DNA of 64,000 bases from Takakia lepidozioides (Eukaryota > Plantae > Bryophyta): assembly GCA_030704615.1 (NCBI GenBank), contig CM060731.1, positions 75,206,001 through 75,270,000 on the forward strand. Reading direction: 5' to 3'. The notes beneath the pieces were generated by a model. That model was not told the origin of the DNA. It saw nothing but the letters and a program-made list of their open reading frames with translations, and did not search any database. Position 1 is the first letter of the stretch. Each line of letters opens with the position of its first letter. Of the stretch, positions 52,098-64,000 are shown piece by piece. The position numbers were made by a program, and so were the translations under genes.

Positions 52098-52135
52098 GCC
52101 TCAAGGCTACGGCAAACAGCGTCTCATGAGTACAT
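52098..52135 (+). mobile_element. Extremely 5'-truncated LINE insertion with 15-bp TSD
   Basis: TCTTTAAGAGCAGAG at 52083-52097 and 52136-52150 flanks CAAGGCTACGGCAAACAGCGTCTCATGAGTACAT, which matches the LINE 3' end at ~29570-29605. Confidence 0.85.
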
Positions 52136-52272
52136 TCTTTAAGAGCAGAGAAGCGCCCATCCCTGTATTTCTGTCTCCCAGATACACATTCAAGAAGCTG
52201 GAAGCAAACAGAAATAATTAGTAGCAGCTATAAGAGAGTGCCAGCGAAATACAGTAAAGCGAGAGGATCGGC

Positions 52273-54216
52273 ATGTCTGATGAAGAAGATGGGGAGGAAG
52301 GAGAGGAGGGTGAGGAGGGAGAACAATCAGTAAGCCTACAATTTTCCTCCCTTCTTGCAAACTCATTTGTCACCATTAAAAGGAGGTTACAGTATCGGAT
52401 GTCCCATGCTGAATTGAGTCCATCTCAGTGCTCTCAAAGAATAACATAGCCAAGGAAAAAGACCTAAATCAATCTACAACCTTCATCTCCAGCAGCTTAA
52501 ACAAGAGCCAATCAAGAAAATAATGCACTCTTAGAGGATAACATCAAGGAGCCCAGTTATGGATAAACTAGAATAAACCCAGGTGGTAACCATGTTAGAT
52601 GAACACAAGGCCAGTGTCATGTCTACCCTCCCCAGACCTTCAACACTCGGTACGCATTCATGCATGAGGAGGCAGGCAGCCTAACCTTCATCAAGACAAA
52701 GATTTTGACTGTAGTCCAAGCGGGCAGGCATAGATGTAGATATTATCTACATAAGTTTGAGCAAGAGACCCAGGACTCACCCTTGAAAACTCCCAGATTC
52801 ACTACCGTACTCATTAAACCTTGACTGCCGTTGCATTTGCAACCACAGGAATTTAAGTGGTCGGGACAACTGCTCGACTACGTGCCAGTGGGGATAGGGA
52901 AAGCAACCTACCCAAATGGAGACAGCTATGGAGGACTATATGACGATGGGAAACGGAATGGAAAAGGAAAATACACGTACAGTCATGGAGGAGTGTATGA
53001 GGGGCAGTACTCTCAAAATCAGAAGACTGGGTATGGCATCATGAAGTATCCTGACAAGAGCAGTTATGAAGGTACTTTGCATCGCTTTTCTTCTTGGGCC
53101 TGAATTACAAGGTTATAAGATGTAAAATTGACAATATGGTTAAGTGATAATCCAAAAGACCGGGGTAAAGGATACTTCAACAAACAAGTCCTACCACTAA
53201 GCTCCTCAATGGTAGTAGGCACCAGTCTGCTCTCCTCCTTTCCAGTATCTTTTGCTGCTTCGTTGATCAAAGGCCACAAGGCTACAGCAGAAAAATCCAA
53301 TGAGTACATCTTTCTTGGTCTATGCTTGCTAGTAATCCTTCCCAACTTCTCATCTAAGTAGAGAGGTAAGAACCAGGTAGACGAACAGAAGAAACAGATA
53401 GAAAGAGAAAACTTAGGGTGTTGGGGGGTCTATAGGGGCATGGTTACAGGATAAAAAACATGGAGGAGGACAGTACTTGTATCAAAATGGAGACATTTAC
53501 AAGGGTGAATGGAAAGGTGACGTGCGACATGGTGTTGGCACTTACTTCTTCAAAATCAGCATGAGTCAAGTAGAGTCTCCCCCTAATGAGACAAAATTGT
53601 CATGGATGTTCTTCCATTTAACCAGCATAGAGGGAGAGGGAAGAGAGAAGAGAACGTACTCATTCAGTGATCCCGCATTCATTGCCTTCCCATCAGGACC
53701 TGCAAGGCAATAATCTTTCTCAAGCTGCTTTTGGGGTTTCCATTGACCAGTACACTGACAGAGGGGGGGAGAAAACCACTGTAATGCTCAGAGGCTGTTC
53801 CAACTCGAGATACTAGTCAATACTACATGATTGTCAGATCTCCATTACCAAATCCCTCGATCACAGCCTCCTTCCCAGACACAGTTTAGTAAAACTTCTC
53901 CCATGCTATGCAGTTCATTGGTGATTGGATTCAAGGACAATTCATCTCCGGTCAGTGGATATTTCGAAATGGTGATATCTACCAAGGGCCATTTGCCAAT
54001 AATAAGCCGGAGGGAAAAGGCAAGTACATCTTTGCAGCATCTAAGACCACATTGTATGGCAAGTTTGCGGATCAGAAATGGATTGGTGGAGCTTGGACAG
54101 CCACTCCTGCTGCACAGCTGACTACAGCTGCCCAGAAAGCTGCACCTGCGACCTTTGCCCCAGATATGCCCCGTGCTAATCAGCCGGCATTTGTCATTCC
54201 AATGAGATTCAGTTAG
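52273..54216 (+). CDS. MORN-repeat protein, radial spoke head 1/10-like; exons 52273-52329, 52849-53071, 53436-53569, 53914-54216
   Basis: GT-AG introns with consistent phases; acidic N-terminus; repeated YPNGDSYxG / YEGQY / YKGEW / NGDIYQGPF MORN units. Confidence 0.85.
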
Positions 54217-54683
54217 TGCCTAGTAGAGGCCCAGGGGGCATTCCATCTAGGTAATGTGAACATCTTGCAACCATCTATGCAAGTTGAAATTGAATTGATT
54301 TCAGGTCCATGGTATGACTAATCTACTTGGACAAGTTTAATATAGGGTTTTCACAGCCTTCCTCACTTAAAAAGACGAGTTTGGCTCCCCAAGCATTCCA
54401 AAATGGTCAACGGCTATCCGTAAACAGCCAAAAAAGAGCCAACGACATGAGACTGAAGAGAACGTCTGCATTCCTGACCCCACAACAGTTTCTGGTTTTC
54501 AGTCACATGACATGTTGCTGCACAAATATATTCGAGCCTGAAGAAGTTGGGGAAATCCTCACCCCATTGATTTGAATATTCAGAAAAAATAAGGGCACCA
54601 AAATTCTACCCTTTCATTGGAGCATCTTCTTTCCCTTCACTGGTCTAATCCAGTCCATCATCTCTCTCTCTCTCTCTCTCTCT

Positions 54684-54730
54684 GGGCACGGGGTCAATGG
54701 CCACAAAGCTACGGCAAACAATGACTACAT
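54684..54730 (+). mobile_element. Short LINE 3'-end insertion within a (TC)n tract
   Basis: CACAAAGCTACGGCAAACAATGACTACAT, flanked by TCTCTCTCTC on both sides. Confidence 0.65.
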
Positions 54731-54922
54731 TCTCTCTCTCTCTAGTTTCCTCTCTTTTGTGCCGCCCAAACTGGCATGAGGTCTATACAACATCATCTTA
54801 TGAGTACATGCTCTAGTTCCCTCTCCCCCTTTCGTCATACCCCAACCCACCCAAAAAAGAGAAAGAAAAAAAAAATCAAAGATGGCCTTACTTACAGTTG
54901 TCAGAAACAAATCAAACTCCCC

Positions 54923-55992
54923 TTATTCACTGGTCAGATCAAGAACCATTCGATAAGCATCCCTGCCAGGGGCATAGTAAGAGTGCACCACACTGTCCAA
55001 GCAAAACCCGAGCTTTTTGTACAGGGCAACCGCTGCGGTGCGCATCGGGTCCACATGAAGGTTCACACACTGCAGTCGCCGCAAACAAATCTGTTGAACT
55101 GCTCGTTGGAGCAGCACCTCACCGTAGCCTTGTCTTCGGCAGCTATCCCGGACTGCCATGACATAGAGTCAGCTATAGTCACAAACATCAAATCCATTAG
55201 GAAATCCCATCAAACCTCTTGCATCCGAAGCAAGATGCTCAGCTTGAGTTTTAACTATAACTGTGTACCCGTTTCACTCACTCAAATGCCAAAACATCCA
55301 TTATCCCTATTCGGTTCACATACTACAAACTGCAAAGGTGGTCAATCACACGGGCAATTCACAGCTAATCGGACCACAGGTGGCAAGAACCAATAAAACT
55401 CCACATCCCTAACGCTCGGCTCATCTTTTCAGTTGTTTACATGTAGGGGTGTCATAACTCCAAACCCGAGACAGGGAGGAATGCAAACCTGCAAGCTTAG
55501 TGATGGAGGCTGCTAGTGAGGTCCACGAATACATAAGATATCCTGCAATTGCCGCAGGGTCCACGCTCCCAGCTTCTTCTACGGATGCATTGTCCTGACA
55601 AACAAACAGAAGGACCTGGTTCCTTCGCTTGATTTCCTGCTCTGACCAAAATTCGTATACCAAACGGCATTCGAACAACCTTCCGTGTAAGGCGGTGCAA
55701 AAATTAGAAGGAAAAGATCAATTCACAGCATCGCTGCCTAGGTCAAAGCATGGTTTTAGGGGTTTAGGGTTTAGGACACGATTGACCACCCTCATGTGAA
55801 TCATCCCGAAGAATATTGCAAAACAGTAGACCAATGTTCCACCTGCGCAAAAGATCCCGCTAGGGATTCATGCTTGGGAAAAATGCGACGCTCCAGTCGA
55901 GAAATTTCCTCCACCAACGCAGCCTCATCCGTCAGTCTGTGGCACGTCTGCCCCGACATACCCAACACCCTCACCCTCCTCCCCTCCTCCAT
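54923..55992 (-). CDS. GNAT/RimI-like N-acetyltransferase; exons 55992-55843, 55636-55489, 55152-54923
   Basis: LERRIFPKHESLA; ITKLAV RDSCRRQGYGEVLL (acetyl-CoA motif A); LHVDP...AVALYKKLGF...YYAPGRDAYRM. Phases consistent. Confidence 0.9.
55755..55775. promoter_or_regulatory. Telo-box-like TTTAGGG repeats in intron 1 of the GNAT gene
   Basis: TTTAGGGGTTTAGGGTTTAGG. Confidence 0.4.
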
Positions 55993-56139
55993 CGCTGCAG
56001 CTCCCTTCACAGTGGAGCGAGAGTGAGCCCGACGGACGAACATCCGTCCACGACGGACGACCTACTGCACGTCCATCCACCCCGCCCAACGAACGAAACG
56101 CTCGTTCCTCTAACTTAAGGATCCCTCTGCATGGGACTG

Positions 56140-56346
56140 GATAAGGCGGTACCAAGGTGGGCATAATCTAAAACTCAACTACCCTCATTTTAGTTCAACT
56201 TTTTTTTTTCCCTAAGCTTTATCAAGTTAAAGAAGCACAGTGTGAAAACAATTAGAATAAAGCTAGTTATTTGTATTTAACACTTGGATTTAGGTCAAGT
56301 GTTAAATCAAGTGTCAAGTTTAGTTTGACACCTGAACCGCCTTATC
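56140..56346. mobile_element. Possible MITE
   Basis: 11-bp inverted repeat GATAAGGCGGT / ACCGCCTTATC around an AT-rich ~185-bp core; no clear TSD. Confidence 0.4.
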
Positions 56347-56679
56347 TTCACGAGAGCGGCAGTCGCGTAGCTCATCTCTCTCGAGTTGAGCCTGCGCGAC
56401 CGAGCTCCTTCATGCGTTTAGATCTGAGTATGCTTATGATGGGAGTGTAGGTTGTTGTGGGGTGGAGTCCCCATAGCGTGGGGTGCCCTTGGCTCGACTT
56501 CTATTTTAAAGAGTGATAGCGATGGATTTCATATTTCTTGTGTTGAGAGTGTGTGTCATTTTTAGCTTTATTTATCACTCGAGAGAGATGCTCTCTTACC
56601 TGTGAGTGCAAGGTAGGAGTTGAGGGTTAGCACTTGCAAGATTACTTGTGTGTAAGTAGTGCTTAGTTTGAGAAGCATA

Positions 56680-56892
56680 TCATTGAATGTGACCACAAGA
56701 TTCAGCGTGTCCTGAAACGCCTGGAGGATGACGATGCCAGAGCCGTCACTGTTGTTGCAGTCGCTGAAGCTACCAAGTCACCAGAGGCTTTGGAGTACAC
56801 AAGGCAAATCAAGGAGAAGATGAAAGCTGCGGAGTACATGGATCTGGATGGGAAAGCAGACAACAAAATTCGGATAATGGAGGACGTGGAAG
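56680..56892 (+). pseudogene. LUC7-like splicing factor fragment
   Basis: IIECDHKIQRVLKRLEDDDARAVTVVAVAEATKSPEALEYTRQIKEKMKAAEYMDLDGKADNKIRIMEDVE resembles plant LUC7-related proteins. Confidence 0.7.
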
Positions 56893-57009
56893 TAAAAAAC
56901 TGGCAGCAGCCGATGAACACCAAGACAAACACGGCAGCTCACATTCCAGGCACAAGAAGAATATAGGCGGAAGCAAGATGCACTGCGAAGGCGACAGGCA
57001 CAAGTGGGT

Positions 57010-57590
57010 GGAAACGCTTTATCTTTGAGTGATCTCGAGTTCGTAGCATTCTTGACTGAGGAGGGTACGATTGCAGATTGCAGCAAACCTGACTCGAAGG
57101 CAAGTGTGTATGCCATTTTTTATGAGGAAAAGATTATATATTACGTTGGTGTCTCAAGACAGGCTTATCAGAGTATGAGGCTACACTTTGCACGCAAGCC
57201 GCTACAATGCTGGTATGTGAAGGTGCAAAATGAGAACCGTCCAGCCGAGCTCTACTTGAAAGCATTCGAGACAAATGGATCTCTGAGAATGGTGCAGTTC
57301 CCAGCGGAAATGACAATGGGAAATTGCAAAATATTTGGGAGAACCCACTGGATTGCAAACCTCTCATGAGAGAAGAAGAGAAGCTGAAGGTTGAAGAGGC
57401 AGAGGACGTTGTTAAGAACAAGAAGAAGCGGGAGCGGCGATGTCTCGGTAGAGCAACCTGACGGTAGAGATGTGAAAGAGAATGTGGAGAAGTCGACAGG
57501 TTGGGCACTGTCAGCTCAGGAAGAGACCATTCAGAGAGAGCTTGAGCGTAAAAGAAACAGGGCACAACCAAAGGAGCTGATGGCCTTCTA
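57010..57590 (+). pseudogene. GIY-YIG domain gene fragment (GrxS16-N-terminal/cyanobacterial type), frameshifted
   Basis: ASVYAIFYEEKIIYYVGVSRQAYQSMRLHFARKPLQCWYVKV; then ESIRDKWISENGAVPSGN...WENPLDCKP in another frame. Confidence 0.75.
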
Positions 57591-57849
57591 AGTCTTTGAT
57601 TTGGCAGCTTGCAGCTGCCTCATTGCAACATTGTTTATCCCTGAACAACCAGCCATATCTCTTCCCATCTCTTATATAGACATCAGAACTGTACAATGGA
57701 TGAGGGATGGACTGAAGAAGGGGTGCTCCACACATGGGAGGGAGCTGTTGGTCCTCTGCAGATATGCATCACCAGCCTAGCAGCAGTGGGAGCAACAAGC
57801 AAGAGACTGACAAAGTAAGACATGCAAGCTAAGAATTGAAGGTGGGAGT

Positions 57850-58400
57850 TAGGAGCATGCTGCGTGCAGCATTTGCAGACTCAGGCAGCAGCTGAGAAGG
57901 AAGAGGCTCAAACCAATGTTGAGGGAGGCCCATCGAAGCAGTTTCAGGCACCTCAAGCACCAAGTCCTTCGTCACCAAGGGATTTTCCTTCTCTTTCTGT
58001 GCTTGAAGAAGTGAATGGGTCGGGTCAACCCTTTCCAGCAGGACAAGCATGCTTGGTGGGGAGTCTAGACGCGTCCAGGGAACTCGTCCAGGGTTGGTAC
58101 TAGTTTGTGCATAAATGTTTGAATTTCTTTGCCAAAAGATAGCATCCCCGGCCTTACTGTGAGCCGCTTTCAGCTGTCCGTTATACCATTGTCCTTTTGC
58201 ACTCAGCGTTCTCATTAAGTGAGGAGACGTCGTCTTCCTGGGCCACCCATAGTTTTGGAGCTATCATGGTGCCTGCACGAGAACGATCTGTGTTGCTCAA
58301 GTTGAGCTGACAAGATTGCGGGAGACTGGCGGGCTGCGTTCGCCACAGAGACGACGGCTGCCAGGCGAATATGAACAATACCTAAGAGCCGCTGGTACCA
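57850..58400. pseudogene. Scrambled fragments of an Smr-domain/CID7-like gene
   Basis: Minus strand LSAKGQWYNGQLKAAHSKAGDAIFWQRN; plus strand PSSPRDFPSLS. Confidence 0.45.
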
Positions 58401-59805
58401 ATTTAGAACTTTGGGCACATATACAGGAACAGGGAACCAAGACAATAGAGTTTTCTTTGTATTTGTTTTGTCTTATTAATTTATTTATTTATTTTATTTT
58501 TTTTAAAAAAAATGTTATGTTTAAAGAGCCTGGTTGGTCATATCTTTGTCAAATGGGCTCCGTTTGACTCAGTTTTTGAGGGGATAGCTGCAGAAAGGGG
58601 AAATCTACCTATCTAGACCTGGTTTCTGTTTTTGGGACTCTGCTAAAAATCTATGGAATTTTTAGAGTGTGAGTGTGTCGTGAAAGATCCACAATTCTGT
58701 TTCTAGAACCAATTCTGGTCTATTTGAGAGACAAATCTGTGGATGTCCTCATTGTATGGCTGGGGGAAATGAGGACGTAATTGAAGGGCATGTCTCTTCT
58801 CTTAGCCTGTGCACACAAGGGGATAGGATTTATGTTTCCCAAGGAACTCAGACTGATTTGAGTGGAGAACAGTTGGACGAGTTGATTGCATACTGGGAGT
58901 CAGGCATTAGCAGTAGACAACAGACTGCTGTAGTTGGCGTTGAGGGCCTCAATATCGCTTTGGACAGTCAGAACTCTGTTGGAGCCAGCAGTTCTGCAGC
59001 TGTAAGTGAAATACCAAAGTGGGTGAAAGCTAGGCTTGGAACACAGCCAAAGACAGCCCCGGGGACCAAGGTGTTCAGCCACAAGGCTGTGGTGTACTGG
59101 AGCAGAGGAGCAGGAGCTACACAAGTTTGTGCAATCAGACAGCGTTGCAGCCGGACACGCTCTGCACAAGGCAACCACGAGCGGGGGGTAGCGATGACAA
59201 GTTTGTTCTGTTTGAAGGAAATGTAGTCATTCGCAATGAGGACACCCGCAACCGTCTCAAAGTTTTCGAGTTGAGAGACTATCAGACCCTACCTTTGTTT
59301 TCTTTAGTGTTCAGTGAGCGGGAGATAGCAGAGTGTTGTTTTGTCTCTACCTGGCAGAAAAAGGAGGAGGGTTGGTTAGAGCGAGCTACTGTAGCTTAGA
59401 ACAAGGTTAGTGGCAGGTTTCTGGACATAGATATACCTCCTACACCTTACCATCATGCAGAGCGAGGCACTTTGAGAGAAGTCTGGAAGTTGATAGCATA
59501 GATCAGGATTAGATCTTGCTTGGGCGGGCTTCTATTCTTCCCCTCCATCTCTGTACTATTTTCATTACCTTGTACTCGTAGTTGCCAAAGCCTCTCTTGG
59601 TGGAGGCCAGTCAGTCCGGGGTTTTGGGCTGGGATATTCTGCAGGATCAGCATTGCAGCTGGATTTTGGTGTGGGGGTGTTGATGTTTTGATTTCTTGTG
59701 TTTGGATTCCCCCCAGCCTTGAGCCATTGGGATATGACCCTTAAACTGCAACAGGTGCCCACCCGTGTCACTATTAGAATTAGTACTAGAGCCCTATAGT
59801 GTCAC

Positions 59806-62400
59806 GTGGGGGAGGTGCACATTGTGAGTGTCATCACGGAGTTACCCAAGGGTTTTGAGGGGAGTACAGCTACAGGCAGTAACAGTGAGAGTGGGTTCAC
59901 AAGACGAGGTATTCGGTTCAGACCACCTTCACCGCCACCCTCAACCAGTGCAGAGTCAGACACAGACTCGGAGGCTTCATCAACAGGTGTGCAGTTTCAT
60001 TCGCCATTGTTGTGGGACGACATGGAGGAGATGTATGGAGCTACCAAGGGGCCTCGTAGGTACTCTGGAGCTATGGGCACAATCGAGTTGGATGACTTTA
60101 TCCAGGAGTTCGACAGCTGGTGTGATTTGCAGCAGATGCGCAATCCACAGCTATTCACCCCATTCATGGCATGGAAGGGATTGTTCCAGCATTTGGAAGG
60201 CCCGCCTATGGACGATTACCACGAGTTCAGGCAAGGACATGAAGCAGAGATTGAGGGGTGGAGGATGTATTGGTCACCTGATTACGTCTCCATTACTCGA
60301 GGCACGACGCGACCAGTAGCTGCATCAGTACCGATATCTCCCACTACCAGCACTAGTAGTGGAACAAGTAGTGCCGGTACTTCTGCAGGTGGTACCAGTT
60401 CAAAAGGTGCTACTACTCCTCCTGCCACGACTACAACACATGTGCCTAGATTCAACCCGGTGGTGGAGTTCTTCCAGGAGTTGCGGAGGAACTACCAAGG
60501 TGTACGGACAGAGAAGCTGCGAAGTTTGCAAGACTTCCAGCGCAAACCCAGTGAGAGCTTGCGAGAGGCCTACACTCGTATGAGGCGCTTGATAAGTGTG
60601 ACCCAAGGGGTTACTAAAGCTCAGGCAATCCAGTTCTGGTATGGAATTTTGGACAAGGAGCTCAGGAGAAGGGTGCGGGATGCAACCCTGTTACAAGCAG
60701 CCCAACCCACATTAGCAGATGTGTTTCTGCTGGCTGAGCGGATTGAGCTCAACATGGTGGAGGAGCGAGTTGTTACCATTGGGTTTGGCAAGGACATGCC
60801 TGCACGAGGCGCAGCTGCCAGCCCACAGGCACAAGGGACTGCCCAACAGCGCGGTCAGGGGGGCAAGGTTTCCCAACCCCAAGTTCCATAGAGCTTACTG
60901 GGGACCTCAGGTGCAGAGGCCCGTGGCATCTTTTGCAGGCCAACAGCAACCAGGGGTGATATGTTGGACATATGGAGGACCCCATGTCAAGAGAGATTGC
61001 CCAGAGAGTGGCAAAAGGCCGGCACAAACACAGCCTGCACAGTTGCAGTGTGGGCATTGTGGCAAGTATGGGCATGGAGATGCCCAGTGTTATGACTTGC
61101 ATCCTGAGTTGCGCCCAGGCTAGTTCCAAGGGAACAATAGTGGCCGGGGGCGAGGTGGACCAGCCCAGAGAGGACGAGGTGGTCGGGCACGAGGTGCAGG
61201 CCAAGGGCAAGCTCAACATGGCCACGGACGCGGAGGTCAGGTGTTGACCAAGGCATGGCCAACCGGCTTCAGCAGCTAGAGCAGAGGCTCGCTGCCATGG
61301 CTACAGCTCAGGCGGTACCGGCTCCCAGGCGGGATGGTCCACCTCCTGCACCTGAGAGAGGAGATATGGGAGGCATGGGATTCATGTGCGGAGTAGCGCT
61401 ACTACTAGAGGGTGGAGTCTGCTGCAGCCGTGACTCGAGGAGCAGCACGAGTTCCTGAGCCACGAGGTGCAGAGGTTGAGTTGGATCCACAACGTGGGGA
61501 GGCAAGCCGTCAGGCGAGGCTTCCTCAGTCATTCACATTGGCGGAGACAGTGTCGACGCCATCCATGGCACCTAGTTCTCGCCCGACTGTTACCGAGGCG
61601 GAGGTTTCTATGCCATTGGGGAGAGCTACACGTGCAGCATTGACACCTGCTGCCAAGGCTAGTGCAGCCGGTGTGTTATTGGGGGCAGCCACCTCTGTGT
61701 GTCAAGCCCCACTGTTCTCGGCAACCATGATTGCAACACCGGGGGTAAGACCAGCTGCAGTGTTCAGACTAGCAGCAACACTCTGTGAGAGTGGGGAGGT
61801 CACTTCATCTTCTACGGAGTTACTGGAAGGTGTAGTGGCAGAGGGATCCTCGGATTTGAGGGTCAAGACTGCCACGGCTGCGCCATGGCAAGATGCAGCT
61901 GCCAGGTTGACGAAGCTGCCAGCTAGGCCAGCCTTTGAGCGCGCCATGGTGACACCTGGAGTTGTCTTGTTAGACAACCAGGATGGCATTTTCTCTTTGA
62001 GTGGACCGGCAGGCAAGAAGTACCGGCCACTACGGGTCTTGTTGGACTCGGGAGCTCAGCCACTGATGTTGGGCAGAGCTGCTATTGCAGGTTTGGGCCT
62101 CATGGAGGCGGATATGGAGCCTTGTCCTTTCAGATACAGACATCTCTGGGAGGATCAGAGCAGGCTCGGGGCATGACACGGCATCAGTTGGCCATTAGAC
62201 TGCAGCCGGATCATCCTATCGATGGCTCAGTAATGCGAGCCAAGGCCATTATGACAGACGCGGTCTCTTACGATGTCCTTGTTGGTGGGGCAGTGTTATA
62301 CCCCATGGGCTTCACACTGGACTTTTGGGAGGAGTCAGCATTCTACAGGCCGGATGGCAATCAGGGGATGGTAGTCGTGCACAGCTCCTTGTGACATTCA
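59806..62400 (+). pseudogene. gag: gag-protease of the methyltransferase-bearing retroelement
   Basis: ORFs 59806-60891, 60719-61123, 61412-62176 and 62122-62394; protease DSG and YDVLVG motifs. Confidence 0.8.
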
Positions 62401-62744
62401 TTGGGGGTATTGCGGCTGCCCAACGGGGCAAGATGCCAACACTAGCCGCCTTTACAGCTGCAGTTAGTTGGCTGGAGAGTTGCTGGAAGGCAATGCCCAT
62501 GCAGAGGATGTGCCACCTCCAGCAGAGCAGGATGACATGCATGGTATGGCGGATTTGCCTGCCATGTTGCTCACACTCCATTGTGGGGTACGAGCAAGGA
62601 TTGGCAGCAGGTTGCTGATCGACGGGTGAACAAGCCTGGGTAGAGGCTTTTTGTACCGTCAGGAGAGGAGGAGAGTGCGGGTATTGCACCTGGGACACCT
62701 CAGTTGTCACATTGGATACCACACCTATTATGTGGCAGTATCGG

Positions 62745-63650
62745 ATGAAGGCATTTGCCTTCTGGACTTGTTTGGCGGGATCAGCGGCTGGCTGCTGATT
62801 GGCGCTGGGGGACAGGCAGGTGTGCGGGTAAGGCGTTACCTGTATGTGGAGAGGGATGAGACTGACGACAGCGCGATTTTTCTCACTGCCATGTTGCTCA
62901 GTTGGTACAAGCAATACCCTGCTTTGCTTTGCGCAGTTTAGGCAGTCGATTGATCTGGTAGTGGCAGGTTGGCCCTGCCAAGGGCATTCATCAGCCGGGC
63001 ATGGCAATGGATTGCGAGACTCGAGGATGGGTCTGTTTGGGAGATGGTGCGGGTTTTGTGCCACTTGCAGCTTCATCAAGCTGTATCTCCAGCAACATCT
63101 TGGAGAATGTGCCACTGATGGGTGATTCTCGGGCCAGGGGGTGATGGCCAGTGTGCATCAAGTCCGGTCGTGGCTTGGGTCAGCAGTGTTGCTGGATACC
63201 GTGCAGTGGGGACGGGCTCTATAGTCATGACTTTGGTGGACTAACTTGATGCCAACCCGCACTGCTCAAGCATGCATTGATGGGGTGCAGCGGCCAGCAC
63301 ACCTCACCGTGGATGGCATTTTGGAACACAGCGAGGCAGAGTCTCAACGTGTGAGACACGATGACCGTTCGCCTTTGGCAGTGGTCAACAGGGTGGGTGG
63401 GTAAACCACGAGCAAACATTACCTACACTGCTCAGCTTCCCAGGATCCCATGCTTTTCGGGATGTGGACCTGGCCTCTGGGGATGCTCAGTGCAGCAAGT
63501 TAGTGGAGCCTAATGCCGACGAGGCGAGAGCGGGCTATGGGTTTTCCACTGGACCACGGCGGTGTGCCTTCTCTTTCTGAGGCATCACGTAGTCAGGTGT
63601 GGGGCAAGCATGGATCTCAATTGCTTGACCTGGATTATCAGCTTGGCTAT
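62745..63650 (+). pseudogene. Cytosine-5 DNA methyltransferase domain (frameshifted)
   Basis: Motif I LDLFGGISG (~62762); II YLYVERD; IV DLVVAGWPCQGHSSAG (PCQ 62973-62981); VI ILENVP (ENV 63103-63111); VIII-adjacent WWTNL (~63234); IX ERAMGF (63528-63545); X GQ(A)MDLN (~63602). Confidence 0.9.
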
Positions 63651-64000
63651 GGGCTGAGCAACGGAGAGTGCGGAGTGCACTTCCCTTGACGATCTCTCGC
63701 CTAACGAGAGGTACAGGCATCGAGTGGGGGCGAGCGGTGAGGACCAGGGGGTGTAGACATCCATGGCAAAGTGGAGGGTGCTCGAGGGTCAGAGGGAGTG
63801 GCAGCCAAGGAAGCGTGTGATGGATGAGGTTGGGGATTCTTCTCGGGATGAGGGAGGTTTCTCAATGATGAGATGATGGGGCAGGATGAGGCCATTGTCA
63901 TTGAATGAGCAAGAAGGGAGTACTGTCAAGGGTTGTAGCATAGCAACCACGGGACGCGTCCTTCCTCTAAGCCCACTGGACTTAAGGTTACAGTTACGGA

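Larger units (their letters stand above)
58440..64000 (+). mobile_element. Gypsy-like retroelement with upstream ORF, gag, two knuckles, protease and C5 DNA methyltransferase; runs off the window
   Basis: Gag RRYSG...LDDFIQEFDSWC...FQRKPSESLREAYTRMRRL; CWTYGGPHVKRDC and CGHCGKYGHGDAQC; RVLLDSGAQ. LTR/PBS not identified, so the left boundary is approximate. Confidence 0.75.

Noticed and set aside
54776-55396. 206-aa plus-strand ORF
   Set aside because: Antisense shadow of the spliced GNAT gene.
55755-55775. Telomere or fusion scar
   Set aside because: Only ~3 TTTAGGG units in an intron; an ordinary telo-box scale feature.
58391-58402. TGGTACCA as the PBS of the DNMT retroelement
   Set aside because: Match to tRNA-iMet is too short and there is no adjacent LTR CA end.
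62745-63650. Functional host DRM/DNMT3 gene
   Set aside because: Intronless, multiply frameshifted, non-permuted, and contiguous with gag-protease.

Overview
Eukaryotic DNA, most likely from a seed-free land plant. Support: PLS-type PPR remnants, TTTAGGG telo-boxes, a plant complex I ESSS subunit and a spliced MORN gene resembling flagellar radial-spoke proteins. About 75% of the window is nested, decayed transposons: a minus-strand non-chromovirus Ty3/Gypsy (1-8078), a non-autonomous CACTA element (8079-14365), two Mutator-like (DDE+SWIM) elements, a chromovirus inserted into a copy of itself, a CCC-terminal TIR element, LINE debris and a further Gypsy at the right edge. A small island of host genes lies at ~50.3-56 kb: NDUFB11/ESSS, a Cys-rich secreted protein, a MORN protein and a GNAT acetyltransferase. 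The main result is two unrelated transposon contexts carrying DNA methyltransferase genes. (1) A spliced gene at ~17.6-21.8 kb combines a ParB/Srx-like DGNHR domain with a beta-class N4-cytosine/N6-adenine methyltransferase. It sits back-to-back with a MULE-SWIM transposase and probably belongs to the same element. (2) A Gypsy-like element at ~58.4-64 kb has a full set of C5-cytosine methyltransferase motifs directly after its protease. Both copies are pseudogenes here. All family assignments come from motif recognition by eye; no database searches were run.
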